From Flavobacteriales bacterium (GTDB lineage: Bacteria > Bacteroidota > Bacteroidia > Flavobacteriales_F > PHOS-HE28), in the NCBI GenBank assembly GCA_030584065.1, contig CP129489.1, forward strand, positions 1,777,497 to 1,841,496: 64,000 nt of DNA, in the 5' to 3' direction. The translations under genes were made by a program, and so were the position numbers. This document shows positions 20,484 to 29,890 of the stretch, one piece after another; the stretch's first letter is position 1; the number at the start of each line of letters is the position of its first letter. The notes beneath the pieces were generated by a model. The model was not told where the DNA came from. It ran no database searches and worked only from the letters and a program-made list of their open reading frames with translations.

Positions 20484-21332
20484 CTATCGTTTCGGCTTCA
20501 ACCGCTTCGTACCCTGCTTCACCTGCTTGGCCTCGCTCTTCAAGCGTCGTTCGACCTTCTTCACATCCTCTCCCGGCGGGAGCTGCTCCGGCTTGATGCC
20601 ACGCTGGAGCATACTGCTCCGAACAGCCTTGTTGCTGGCCACATGCTCGTCACCGATCGACTTCGTACCGCGCAGGTCCTTCTCCAATACGTTGTGGCTC
20701 GTCATCTCCGTGGCGAAATCCTTCGCCTTGATCGCCAGGGTGGAAAGGAAGTCGGCCAGCGGACGTGCGTCGGGTGCGCCCAGCTTGCGTTTCATGTCGT
20801 TGGTGCTCGCGCCGCCGAAGAGCGCTTGGTCACCCTTGCAGCGGATCACCGCGAAGCCCGCGTGGTCCACGCCACGTTCGTAGATGATGCCGCTCAACTT
20901 CTTCTCACTCTTCATCAACTTCTCCCGGGCTGTCACGCGGGCCACGTCGAGCAGGCGCTGCTCGATCACCTCCTGCTTGCGCGTCTGCACGGCGAAGTAG
21001 GTCTGTGCGAAGGCAATGGCGGGCTTGGCCGGATCACCGTTCTGAGCGATGAGGTAGCAGGCGTACCGCGTGAGGGCGATGTCCTCGATCATGCGCTCGC
21101 TTCCGGAGCCAAGGGTGACCATTTTGCCGATCCCGGCAAAATGGTCGGAGACCGCTTCCCCAGCGGCTGCACAGGCCTCTTTCGCCTTGTCGATGACCGT
21201 GGAGAAATTGCTCCACTTGGTATAGCCGAGCACGACCTGCAGCTCCCGCGCGCTCCAGCACTCCACACCGTTCACCTCACCGCTCGCCGCCTCGAAACGT
21301 GCGAACAACTCCTGGATCTGGTCCTTCTTCAT
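20484..21332 (-). CDS. dinD: DNA damage-inducible protein D (Bro-N domain)
   Basis: MKKDQIQELFARF...ECWSARELQVVLGYTKWSNF..., a strong match to the DinD N-terminus; 282 aa. Confidence 0.8.
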   Translation of the reverse strand: MKKDQIQELFARFEAASGEVNGVECWSARELQVVLGYTKWSNFSTVIDKAKEACAAAGEAVSDHFAGIGKMVTLGSGSERMIEDIALTRYACYLIAQNGDPAKPAIAFAQTYFAVQTRKQEVIEQRLLDVARVTAREKLMKSEKKLSGIIYERGVDHAGFAVIRCKGDQALFGGASTNDMKRKLGAPDARPLADFLSTLAIKAKDFATEMTSHNVLEKDLRGTKSIGDEHVASNKAVRSSMLQRGIKPEQLPPGEDVKKVERRLKSEAKQVKQGTKRLKPKR

Positions 21333-21620
21333 GACGACCTTCCCGTCGATCGGGGTTCGGACAAGATAGTGGCGGGTCTTACTTCCCGAACACCTCCCTT
21401 CGCCTTCGCTGAAGCTGCGGCGAACGCGACCGGAGCCACTCCAGGCCTTGTCCGCCGTAGCCTGGCGGAGGCGGATACTCCGCTTTCTGGCCGGCGGCCT
21501 CCGCCGGAATGGCCAGTGGCTTGCCCGTTGTCCGCCGCAGCTTCAGCGAAGGCGGGTTCGTAGGCCTTGAAGCTCTGGCCCACGGTCGCCTCGGCGAAGT
21601 GGTCCATGCCTCCGCTAAAG

Positions 21621-22306
21621 CTACGGCAGGCAGGCGCGGAGCGAAGGGGCGCATACGAGCCGTAGCTCGGTATCGAAGGTGATCAGCCCGCGGTCAAAGG
21701 CCTTGTCGTGGAGGGCGTTGAGAGCGATGCCGTTCTGTGGATCAAGACGGTGCTGCTCGGCCACGTTCCACGGCACGATCCCGCGAAGCGGGACAAGTAG
21801 TGCGAGGCCACGAGCAGATCGCGGATGCCGAGTCCGGTCACCGCGCACCGACCGTTGTAAGCGTTGAGCACGGCTTGGCGGAAGTAGCGCTGGCCCCGGC
21901 GCACCTTCACCGAGGCGGTGCTTTCGGTGGGGCCTTCGGGCATACGGAGCACTTTGCCATCCGGTTGTACCACGACCGGCGCATCGGGATCGCCGGTCAT
22001 CAGCTGGGCCAAGAGCGCCTCGCTCTCAGGGGCCAAGGCCTCGTGCTGGGCGTGGAACTCCGCCCACACCTGACGGTCCAGCGCACTGGCGCCGGACAAG
22101 CCCCTGATGCCCCGCGCGGCCAATCGCTCGTCCAAGGAGGCCAGGTTGCTGAGCTTCATGGCCACGCTGCCCGGCGTGCGCTCCATCCGCTGGGCCACAT
22201 CGATCAGCACGGGGTTGCCCTGGTCGAACTTCCCAAAGGGGATCTTCTCGTACAGGTTCAGGAGGATCAGCAGCTCCTCGCGCGACCATGGTTTGCGGGT
22301 GGTGCT
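21621..22306 (-). pseudogene. HNH endonuclease (HNH_2/pfam13391-like) remnant: no start codon and a frameshift inside the HNH motif
   Basis: Conserved N-terminus ...PWSREELLILLNLYEKIPFGKFDQGNPVLIDVAQRMERTPGSVAMKLSNLASLDE... is preceded by an in-frame TGA with no ATG, GTG or TTG between. CAVTG...LLVASH is in one frame and IVPWNVAEQHRLDPQNGIALNALHDKAFDRGLITFD in the next. Confidence 0.65.
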
Positions 22307-22399
22307 TGACGATGCCGTTCCAAGTTTTCAACAAGACTTGGACCCGCCGCAATGTGTTCCTATAATGCTGTCGAAGTACTGTTGAAAAATCCGTCAATC

Positions 22400-22789
22400 A
22401 TGAGCGTCACCTCGAACCCCATTCCACACAGCGAGCAGGAGGCCCTGGGCATGCTGCTCCCGACACTTGGTCAACCCGTGCAGCAGCTTTCGCATGACGC
22501 GTTCAAGCAGGCATGGTCAGCTGTGTTCTATCTGTATGGCGGGTTGCATCCTGATGATGCCACCGACCACGGCACCCAGCTCATCACGGGCTTTGATGGT
22601 CCCGAGGAGTACAGGTCCATCGATCCGCGACTTGTCGTGCCCCGCTATCAGCAAAGTGGCTGGCCGGTGGTGCTTGCACCCTTGGCTGCCGAAGCATGGA
22701 CTAGGTATGAACTGGGCCTGCTTAGCGAGGATGAACTCTATTGCGCTGAGGTGCAACATGCCGGGTTCATGGAGCGGATGAAGGGCTGA
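22400..22789 (+). CDS. hypothetical protein
   Basis: 129-aa ORF downstream of an AT-rich stretch containing TATAAT; unknown function. Confidence 0.35.
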   Translation: MSVTSNPIPHSEQEALGMLLPTLGQPVQQLSHDAFKQAWSAVFYLYGGLHPDDATDHGTQLITGFDGPEEYRSIDPRLVVPRYQQSGWPVVLAPLAAEAWTRYELGLLSEDELYCAEVQHAGFMERMKG

Positions 22790-22880
22790 GCGATTCCCAG
22801 GGTCTGCCGTTGATATTTCTTTCCTCTGAGCCGACCTCCATGTTCATCCTGGTCCGAAACTTTACAACGAAGAACGAGGC

Positions 22881-24179
22881 ATGAAGAAGACCGCAAAGCC
22901 GCTCAAGCGCAAGGCGCCGTTGAGGAGGCAAGCCGCATCGAAGAGCAAGGAGTCGAAAGAGAGCAAGGCCCCCATGGCCATCAAGCGCTACTCAGGGAAG
23001 AAGGATGAGCGCGTTGCGGTGGTTGGAGAGCCAATGGTGCCCTACGGTCAAGGGTCATTCCGCTTCATCGACCTGTTCTGTGGCATCGGTGGCTTCCACA
23101 TCGCTTTCTCCAAGCAGGGTGGCGAATGTGTGTTCGCATCAGACTGGGACAAGTACGCCCAGATCTCCTACGCCGCGAATCACGGCCTTACTCCCATCGG
23201 TGACATCACCAAGGTGCCTGTGAAGGACATCCCTAAGCATGAGGTCCTTTGCGCGGGCTTCCCTTGCCAGCCCTTCAGCATTGCAGGTGTGTCTAAAAAG
23301 AACAGCCTCGGGCGCAAGCACGGCTTTGAGGATGAGCGGCAAGGCAACCTATTCTTCAACATCGCGGAGATCCTGGACCACCACCGTCCGGCGGCCTTCG
23401 TGTTGGAGAACGTGAAGAACCTGAAGAGCCATGATCGCGGGAATACCTACAAGGTGATCATGGACATCCTGCGGAACAAGCTCGGTTATCATGTCGTGGA
23501 GCCCCGCATCATCGATGCCAAGCCTTACGTGCCGCAACACCGGGAGCGCATCTTCATCGTTGGCTTCTGCGATGCCGCTGCGGCAGAGCGGTTCAAGTGG
23601 CCTACGCCTCCAAGCGAAGGCCCCAAGCTGCATACGATACTTCAACCCCGTGTGCCTGAGAAGTACACGTTGACCGACCATCTGTGGGCCTACCTCCAGA
23701 ACTACGCCGCCAAGCACAAGGCTGCGGGCAATGGCTTCGGCTTCGGTCTTGTGGGGCCGGATGACACAGCGCGCACATTGAGCGCACGCTACCACAAGGA
23801 TGGTTCGGAGATCCTGATCAACCAAGGCCGGGGGCGTAATCCGCGTCGACTCACTCCTGATGAATGTGCCTTGCTCATGGGCTATGAGGACTTCGAGATC
23901 GTGGTGAGCGATACGCAAGCCTATCGCCAGTTCGGCAACTCGGTCGTGGTCCCTGTTGTTACGGCGATCGCTGAGCAGGTGACCAAGGCCTTGGGCCTAA
24001 CCAGTGAGCAACACAAGCTGATGGCTTCCCATGCGGCCGAGCCAAGCACCACTTACACCAAGGCCAAGGCTTCCAAAGTCGGAGCGAAGGCTGTAGTTGA
24101 ACAAGATCTTAACGATCTTTCGGGGGCGATCAAGCCAGGCGCAAAGCAGAAGCGCAAGGCTGATCTTGCCCTTGCATGA
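22881..24179 (+). CDS. dcm: DNA (cytosine-5)-methyltransferase (Dcm family)
   Basis: Motif [10 protein letters not shown], motif [10 protein letters not shown], motif [10 protein letters not shown], motif [14 protein letters not shown]. Lys-rich N-terminal extension. 4-nt overlap with the next gene. Confidence 0.9.
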   Translation: MKKTAKPLKRKAPLRRQAASKSKESKESKAPMAIKRYSGKKDERVAVVGEPMVPYGQGSFRFIDLFCGIGGFHIAFSKQGGECVFASDWDKYAQISYAANHGLTPIGDITKVPVKDIPKHEVLCAGFPCQPFSIAGVSKKNSLGRKHGFEDERQGNLFFNIAEILDHHRPAAFVLENVKNLKSHDRGNTYKVIMDILRNKLGYHVVEPRIIDAKPYVPQHRERIFIVGFCDAAAAERFKWPTPPSEGPKLHTILQPRVPEKYTLTDHLWAYLQNYAAKHKAAGNGFGFGLVGPDDTARTLSARYHKDGSEILINQGRGRNPRRLTPDECALLMGYEDFEIVVSDTQAYRQFGNSVVVPVVTAIAEQVTKALGLTSEQHKLMASHAAEPSTTYTKAKASKVGAKAVVEQDLNDLSGAIKPGAKQKRKADLALA

Positions 24180-25372
24180 GCCAGTCCCTTGCAGACGTCT
24201 TTGATGCCGTAGCGCACAAGCGCCTTGTGCAGGTCGACCTTCCCGGAATGGGGTCGAACCAGCATGAATTGAATGGTGTATCAGCGCTTCGCGAGTTCTT
24301 CCAGACCAGCGAAAAGGTCGAAGGACCATTGCATTGGCACTACTTCGCCGATGATAAGGAGGTTGAAGAGCAGGAAGGGCGTTTCAGTTTCTATGATGCG
24401 AGGGCCAAGTCCGCCGAAAGGACGGGGCGCTCTGAGTGGCGTTTCTATTACTCCGGTGAGTTCCTTGCGAAGTGTGCACCAGGCGATGAGTTGATCATTG
24501 TTCGCGCGGCAGGCAAGGTGCATGCACTTGTATTTCAGCGAGGCTCAGCTCGTTTACGCGCGGCGCTTCTCCTGTTCGGCATTAGTTCCACAGGGGAGCA
24601 GATCAGTCTTCTGTCAAGTGAAGCAATAGCCAAGAGCGACCTCGCGCTTTTTCGGCGACAAGTCATCGAAGAGCTTGAGCTCGACGTCCAGTTGCCTGTT
24701 GCCGGTAACGACAAGGACTTGGTCATTGAGCGCTTCGGTGAGAAGTTCCCTTCAACCGCTGTCATGTCAGCCTTCGCGCGTGAGCAGGTCGGTTCGGATG
24801 TTGGGGACGCCGATGCTGCCTTGGTCGCGTGGCTTGATCGTGAAGAACAGCTCTTCCGCGCTCTGGAGGAGGTGATCATTAGCAAGCGCATCCAGCAAGG
24901 CTTCAAGGAGGTGGATGACTTCATCCAGTACTCGCTTACGGTTCAGAACCGCCGCAAGTCGCGCATGGGGCATGCCTTGCAGCATCACTTGGCCGAAGTG
25001 TTTACGCTCCACAAGGTTCAGTTCAAGGCTCAGGCGAAAACCGAGGGTGGCAACAAGCCCGATTTCATCTTTCCTGGCGAGGCTGAGTATCACAACGCAT
25101 CCTTCGACGAGTCGCTGCTTCTCATGCTTGGTGTGAAGTCCAGCGCGAAGGACCGTTGGCGTCAGATCCTTCCGGAAGCTTCGCGAATCGCCACCAAGCA
25201 CCTATGCACGCTGCAGCCTGGGATCTCAGAGAACCAGACCGATCAGATGGCCAGCGAACGTGTGCAATTGGTGATACCTAGTTCGATACAAGCCACTTAC
25301 ACGGATGCCCAGCGCTCCAAACTTCTGAGCGTTGCCGGCTTTATTGACTTGGTGCGTAGCAAGCAAGCGTGA
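24176..25372 (+). CDS. putative type II restriction endonuclease (EcoRII-like by size and context; PD-(D/E)XK-like ...KPDFIF...LGVKSS...)
   Basis: 398 aa, translationally coupled between dcm and vsr. A CCWGG-type M/R/Vsr trio is inferred from gene context only. Confidence 0.45.
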   Translation: MSQSLADVFDAVAHKRLVQVDLPGMGSNQHELNGVSALREFFQTSEKVEGPLHWHYFADDKEVEEQEGRFSFYDARAKSAERTGRSEWRFYYSGEFLAKCAPGDELIIVRAAGKVHALVFQRGSARLRAALLLFGISSTGEQISLLSSEAIAKSDLALFRRQVIEELELDVQLPVAGNDKDLVIERFGEKFPSTAVMSAFAREQVGSDVGDADAALVAWLDREEQLFRALEEVIISKRIQQGFKEVDDFIQYSLTVQNRRKSRMGHALQHHLAEVFTLHKVQFKAQAKTEGGNKPDFIFPGEAEYHNASFDESLLLMLGVKSSAKDRWRQILPEASRIATKHLCTLQPGISENQTDQMASERVQLVIPSSIQATYTDAQRSKLLSVAGFIDLVRSKQA

Positions 25373-25735
25373 TGGCCAAGCGACACGACGTCTTCACCAA
25401 GGCCAAGCGCTCGGAGGTGATGTCGAAGATCCGGGGCAAGGGCAACAAAGCCACAGAGGTCGCCCTAGCCAAGCTATTTCGGGCCAGCGGCATCACCGGC
25501 TGGCGCAGACACTATCCCATTACAGGGAAACCAGACTTTGCCTTCCCCAAGCTGAAGTTCGCCGTCTTCGTGGATGGCTGCTTCTGGCATGGCTGCCCCA
25601 AGCATGGCACCCGGCCCAAGGGTGTAAGCTTCCCCGAAGTTCGGCCATTCATTGCTGGAGGTGAAGTGATCCTTGGCCCCGCGGGGCCAAGGATCGCTTC
25701 GGCCGGCCAGGGGCTACATTCAACCACACGTAGCC

Positions 25736-26008
25736 ATGAGAAAGAGCAAGTTCACCGAGCATCAGGTCATCGCCATCCTCAAGCGTCACGAGGCTGGCTC
25801 GAAGGTGGCCGACCTGTGCCGCGAGCACGGGATCAGCAACGCCACGTTCTACCAATGGAAGGCCAAGTATGGCGGCATGGAGCCCAACCAGGTCAAGCAG
25901 CTGCGTGACCTGCAGGAGGAGCTCAGCCGCCTGAAGCGCATGTACACCGAGCTGAGCATGGTGCATGATGCCTTGAAGCAGGTGGTGGAAAAGAAGTGGG
26001 GCGCCTGA
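25736..26008 (+). CDS. IS3-family transposase OrfA (HTH)
   Basis: [48 protein letters not shown]... Confidence 0.8.
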   Translation: MRKSKFTEHQVIAILKRHEAGSKVADLCREHGISNATFYQWKAKYGGMEPNQVKQLRDLQEELSRLKRMYTELSMVHDALKQVVEKKWGA

Positions 26009-26033
26009 CGAGAAGCGCGAGATCGTTCAGGCG

Positions 26034-26807
26034 ATGATACAGGAGCACAGCATCTCCGAGCGCCAAGCCTGCGGCAGCGTGGGCTTGGCGCGCAGCACCG
26101 CGCAGTACTGCAAGACCCCAGCGGATGACACGCCCATTATCCAGGTCTTGGAACAGCTCACCCAGAAGCACCCGGCCATCGGGGTGTGGCAAAGCCATCA
26201 TCGGATGCGCTTGATGGGTCACCTGTGGAACTTCAAGCGGGTGTATCGGGTCTACACCGGTCTGGGCCTCAACATTCGTCGCAGGGCCAAGAAACGGCTG
26301 CCTGCACGGGTGAAGCAGGCGCTGTTCCGTCCTGCTGGTCCGGACCAGGTCTACAGCATCGACTTCATGCATGACAGCCTCTGGGACGGCCGGACCTACC
26401 GCTTGCTAAATGTGATCGACGACTACAACAGGGAGGTGCTCGCGATCGAGGTGGACACCTCACTGCCCGCACTGCGCGTGATACGCGTGCTGGAACGCAT
26501 CAAAGCAGTGCGTCCGCTGCCCAAGATGATCCGCGTGGACAACGGCCCGGAGTTCATCAGCGCCAAGCTCGACCACTGGTGCCGCGAACACGGCATTACC
26601 TTGACCTACATCCAGCCAGGCAAGCCCACCCAGAACGCCTACATCGAACGCCTCAACGGCAGCATCCGTCGTGAACTGCTCAGCGCCTACGTGTTCCGTA
26701 CCTTGGACGAGGTGCGCGAGAAGGCCGATGAGTGGATGACCGATTACAACCATCACCGCCCACACAAGGCGCTTGGCTACCGGCCGCCAGCGCCCATCCG
26801 ATCCTAA
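26034..26807 (+). CDS. IS3-family transposase OrfB (DDE integrase core)
   Basis: Has the DNGPEF motif and the rve fold. It lies in the +1 frame relative to orfA, not the usual -1 (see findings). Confidence 0.8.
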   Translation: MIQEHSISERQACGSVGLARSTAQYCKTPADDTPIIQVLEQLTQKHPAIGVWQSHHRMRLMGHLWNFKRVYRVYTGLGLNIRRRAKKRLPARVKQALFRPAGPDQVYSIDFMHDSLWDGRTYRLLNVIDDYNREVLAIEVDTSLPALRVIRVLERIKAVRPLPKMIRVDNGPEFISAKLDHWCREHGITLTYIQPGKPTQNAYIERLNGSIRRELLSAYVFRTLDEVREKADEWMTDYNHHRPHKALGYRPPAPIRS

Positions 26808-27040
26808 ACCTATGCCCCAGGAGCCTCTAGTTATGATCGGCCCGAAAACAGGGGAAGCTTACAAGGGCAACAGCGCGTTTTGGTCCGCGAAGCTGGACGC
26901 CAACAAGGCCCGGGACCGCAAGGTGAATCGTGAGCTTCTAGCCATGGGATGGCGCGTGCTAAGGATTTGGGAATGTAAGCTCCCCCAAGATCAGGTGCGT
27001 GGGATAGTAGAAACCCACAACCCACCTGAACTTTGGAGCA

Positions 27041-27307
27041 ATGAAGAAGAGTAAATGGACGGAAGCGCAGATCGTAGGGATGCTGCGCGAGCATGAGCAG
27101 GGCCGCAAAGTGGCGGACATCTGCCGGGAGCACAGAGTAAGCCAGCCGACGTTCTACCAGTGGAAGGCCAAGTATGGTGGCATGGGCGCAAGCGAGCTCA
27201 AGGAGCTACGGGCATTGCGCGAGGAGAATACCAAGCTGAAGCTCAAGCTGGCCGACACGATCCTGGACCGTGACATCCTCAAGGAGATCCTGGGAAAAAA
27301 GCCCTAG
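27041..27307 (+). CDS. IS3-family transposase OrfA
   Basis: [48 protein letters not shown]...; ends ...ILGKKP*. Confidence 0.8.
   Translation: MKKSKWTEAQIVGMLREHEQGRKVADICREHRVSQPTFYQWKAKYGGMGASELKELRALREENTKLKLKLADTILDRDILKEILGKKP
27295..27301 (+). promoter_or_regulatory. programmed -1 ribosomal frameshift heptamer A AAA AAG of IS copy 2
   Basis: 'gga aaa aag ccc tag' in the orfA frame. The -1 frame continues KKALGLAEKREMAHWLV... into orfB. Confidence 0.7.
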
Positions 27308-27327
27308 GGCTCGCCGAGAAGCGTGAG

Positions 27328-28227
27328 ATGGCACACTGGCTTGTAACGCAGTGCAAGCGCAGTGTTCGGCGGGTCTGCAAGCTGCTATGCTTGAGCCAGA
27401 GCGTGTATCGCTACGAGCCCAAGCCGAAGGACGATATCGACGTGATCGAACACATGAACCACTGGGTGACCAAGAAACCGACCTGGGGCTTTTGGAAGGT
27501 GTACACTCGTGTACGCAAGGACGGCCGTGTGGTGAACCACAAGCGCCTACACCGGCTGTACACCACAGCAGGGCTCAACCTGCGTCGACCTACGAAGAAG
27601 CGCGTTCCGGACCGGGTGAAAGAGCCACTGTGTTTGCCGATCGGCCCGAACATCACTTGGAGCATGGACTTCATGGCCGACCGGCTGCTGAACGGCAACA
27701 AGCTGCGCACGTTCAACGTCATTGACGACTTCGGCCGCGAGGCACTGAACATCACGATCGACACCTCTATCCGCGCCCAGTACGTGACGCGTGAACTGGA
27801 CAAGTTGATCGAGTGGCGTGGCAAGCCAGAGCGGCTGCGAGTGGACAATGGCCCTGAGTTCATCGCCCAGGAGATGGAATTGTGGGCGGAACGCAACGGC
27901 ATCGCACTTACGTTCATCGAGAAGGGGCGTCCCATGCAGAACGGCCTGATCGAGCGATTCAATCGCACCTACCGGGAAGAAGTGCTGGACGCCTACCTGT
28001 TCGAGAACCTCGAACAGCTTCGCCAGCTGACCATCGAGTTCATCTGGAGCTACAACAACGAGCGGCCCCATGATGCACTCCTGGACCTGACCCCGCGCGA
28101 GTTCCTGTTGAAATGTGGACAACTCCCTGCCCACTACGCAGGCTCACGCGCGGACTTCCCCACATTCCAACAGGATGATCACCACAGATCAACAGAAGTG
28201 GTGATCTTTAGGAATTCGCGCGCCTGA
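27328..28227 (+). CDS. IS3-family transposase OrfB (DDE)
   Basis: DNGPEFIAQ...; -1 frame relative to orfA. The OrfAB fusion is reachable by slippage at the A_AAA_AAG site. Confidence 0.8.
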   Translation: MAHWLVTQCKRSVRRVCKLLCLSQSVYRYEPKPKDDIDVIEHMNHWVTKKPTWGFWKVYTRVRKDGRVVNHKRLHRLYTTAGLNLRRPTKKRVPDRVKEPLCLPIGPNITWSMDFMADRLLNGNKLRTFNVIDDFGREALNITIDTSIRAQYVTRELDKLIEWRGKPERLRVDNGPEFIAQEMELWAERNGIALTFIEKGRPMQNGLIERFNRTYREEVLDAYLFENLEQLRQLTIEFIWSYNNERPHDALLDLTPREFLLKCGQLPAHYAGSRADFPTFQQDDHHRSTEVVIFRNSRA

Positions 28228-28311
28228 TCAGGGGGAGCTTACAGGAACATGACCTAACCGATAGGCGTGTTTCCCATACCATTAACCGCATTGAAGAATA
28301 CATCCAGATGT

Positions 28312-29175
28312 CTACCGCGAAGTAGGGTTTCGGAACAATACCATTTCCTTGAACTGAGCTGAGTCTAGTTGGTTATCGACTTCTCTCTCATTGTTCGCTG
28401 CAGTTGGTCCTCTCCAAACAGGAGATAGTCGCCAATTAATGACCCCGTTCCTTATACTATTCAGCACTGTTTCGGTCCATTCTGGGGAATAGGCGCAACC
28501 TGGCGGTGTGCTAGGTAAACTCATTGCATGAACAATCACAAATTCTAATCCTTTGTTAAACCTCTTTATGCATTGTTTCCACCACTTAGTTTTCACTGAA
28601 TGCTGAAGATGTGTATCATTCTCCATATAACCGAAAAGCTCCTCCTCGAAAATCTGGCAGAGTTTATCCATATTCTTAATTTCAGCATCCCTTAAGTAAC
28701 CCTCAGATTGAAATGGTGCATCAGCAGGAAGAGAATTGATGAACGCCTCTACGAACACATTCCAAGATTGGTCCGTAAGTCCGTGGTTTCTCCAATTTTC
28801 ACGATAGTGTCCAAGCTCGTCAAGCTGTGAGGTTACTCTTCCAATTATACGGAGCTTGGCTTCCGACCGACTAATACCCTCCCATGCAAGAGACTCACTA
28901 GCCTCGGCGCCAAAGCGGCGCTGCGCGTTTGTGAGTTCATCTTCGCTAATTGCAGAGTACTTTAATGCCTTATGTGTATACTGGTACTTATTCTGTGTGA
29001 ATTCATCATGTGCATTTGCAACAACTTCTAGAAAATCCTCATGATTTGGCCCTTTAAACACAGTAACTGGAACTGGTTGATTGGGCCGAGCGATGAGGTA
29101 AGCGCACAATCGATGATTGCCATCAAATACTTTTAACTGACCATCCGAGTATCGGCATAGAATAGGCGAAAGCAA
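28312..29175 (-). CDS. ParB/Srx-superfamily (DGQHR/DUF262-like) domain protein; no ATG start, in frame with the upstream HNH ORF
   Basis: ...SDGQLKVFDGNHRLCAYLIARPNQ... (D-G-x-H-R motif). Track start is a TTG. The 45 codons upstream, up to the HNH stop, contain no stop. Lower GC than the flanks. Confidence 0.55.
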   Translation of the reverse strand: MLSPILCRYSDGQLKVFDGNHRLCAYLIARPNQPVPVTVFKGPNHEDFLEVVANAHDEFTQNKYQYTHKALKYSAISEDELTNAQRRFGAEASESLAWEGISRSEAKLRIIGRVTSQLDELGHYRENWRNHGLTDQSWNVFVEAFINSLPADAPFQSEGYLRDAEIKNMDKLCQIFEEELFGYMENDTHLQHSVKTKWWKQCIKRFNKGLEFVIVHAMSLPSTPPGCAYSPEWTETVLNSIRNGVINWRLSPVWRGPTAANNEREVDNQLDSAQFKEMVLFRNPTSR

Positions 29176-29310
29176 TGGATTAGATCTCAGGTGCCATGCT
29201 AGGTTGATGACCTTGCGAACATCCGCTGCGCGTGTCTGTACTTGCCTGTCTACCCATAGCAGGGCTGGAGGAACAACAGTTGAAAATGAAGTCCATCTTT
29301 TATTGGTGAA

Positions 29311-29772
29311 CTATTGATGCATGACAGGATACTCCCTGTCTTGAAAGGTGGCTATATGTCGTTGATCATCCCATACAATATGCGCCTTGTACTCTGCAGC
29401 ATCAGGTGATCTCCCCGGAAGAAGGTCGTCTGAGAATCTTGTATTGGAGGCTTTGCGATGTATTTTAATATACTCAATCCATTCCTGTCCAGTGTACTTA
29501 TTGCCCTTCCCCTTGTGACAGTTCCTTCTTGCGGCAGTATCATATCCATCTTCAAAACAGGAAACTCCATCCCTTGCTGCATGAACAGGGTATTGATTGG
29601 CAACAAGGTCTGCTTGACGATCTCCGACTAATCCTTGGGCTAGCCAATGATCGAACTGGATATCTCCGAAATGTGCATATCCGTCGAAGTTTGAATGTGG
29701 TAAGCCCAAGCCGTCGCACACGTAGCATCGTGGCTTCTGCTCAAGTCTGCGCTCCTTCTCTGCTCGCGTCAT
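29311..29772 (-). CDS. HNH endonuclease domain protein
   Basis: CYVCDG...QFDHWLAQG...N...CHKGKGNK (CxxC...DH...N...CHxxK). Ends with a TAG at 29311-29313 in the same frame as the downstream ParB-like ORF. Confidence 0.7.
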   Translation of the reverse strand: MTRAEKERRLEQKPRCYVCDGLGLPHSNFDGYAHFGDIQFDHWLAQGLVGDRQADLVANQYPVHAARDGVSCFEDGYDTAARRNCHKGKGNKYTGQEWIEYIKIHRKASNTRFSDDLLPGRSPDAAEYKAHIVWDDQRHIATFQDREYPVMHQ

Positions 29773-29791
29773 GGCTTTGTTTCACTTATCG

Positions 29792-29890
29792 TTACATATT
29801 CCTCCGGTACTGCCCCCCCACCTCGAACATCGCTTGCGTCAACCGCCCTAGCGAGCAGTACTTCGTCGCCTCCATCAGCACCGCGAATCC
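29792..29890 (-). repeat. icmF 3'-terminus copy D (last ~33 codons plus stop), direct repeat
   Basis: ttacatattcctccggtactgccccc... encodes ...[31 protein letters not shown]; compare the real icmF end at 43246. Confidence 0.8.

Larger units (their letters stand above)
25623..26863 (+). mobile_element. IS3-family insertion sequence (copy 1), 1241 bp, imperfect terminal inverted repeats TGTAAGCTTCCCC..., 4-bp target duplication AGGG
   Basis: Left end TGTAAGCTTCCCCGAAGTTCGG. Reverse complement of the right end is TGTAAGCTTCCCCTGTTTTCGG. AGGG flanks both ends. Carries orfA and orfB. Confidence 0.8.
26974..28243 (+). mobile_element. IS3-family insertion sequence (copy 2, related to but distinct from copy 1), 1270 bp, inverted repeats TGTAAGCTCCCCC..., 4-bp target duplication GGAA
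   Basis: Left end TGTAAGCTCCCCCAAGATCAGG. Reverse complement of the right end is TGTAAGCTCCCCCTGATCAGG. GGAA at 26970-26973 and 28244-28247. Confidence 0.8.
25372..28325 (+). pseudogene. vsr: very-short-patch repair endonuclease gene interrupted by two IS3-family insertions; pieces 25372..25622, 26868..26973 and 28248..28325 rebuild a 144-aa Vsr
   Basis: N-terminal piece has ...FVDGCFWHGCPKHGTRPKG. Middle piece has NSAFWSAKLDANKARDRKVNRELLAMGWRVLRIWE. Tail has HDLTDRRVSHTINRIEEYIQMSTAK*. All three are in one frame once each IS and one copy of its target duplication are removed. Confidence 0.8.

Noticed and set aside
21329-21607. 92-aa minus ORF between dinD and the HNH remnant
   Set aside because: Ala/Arg/Gly-rich, no start context, and overlaps nothing conserved. 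Probably a GC-frame artefact in an intergenic spacer.
29311-29313. The amber codon between the HNH and ParB-like ORFs as programmed recoding (pyrrolysine or selenocysteine)
   Set aside because: Selenocysteine uses UGA plus a SECIS element. Pyrrolysine needs pyl genes, which are unknown in this lineage. A nonsense mutation or a two-gene arrangement is far more likely.
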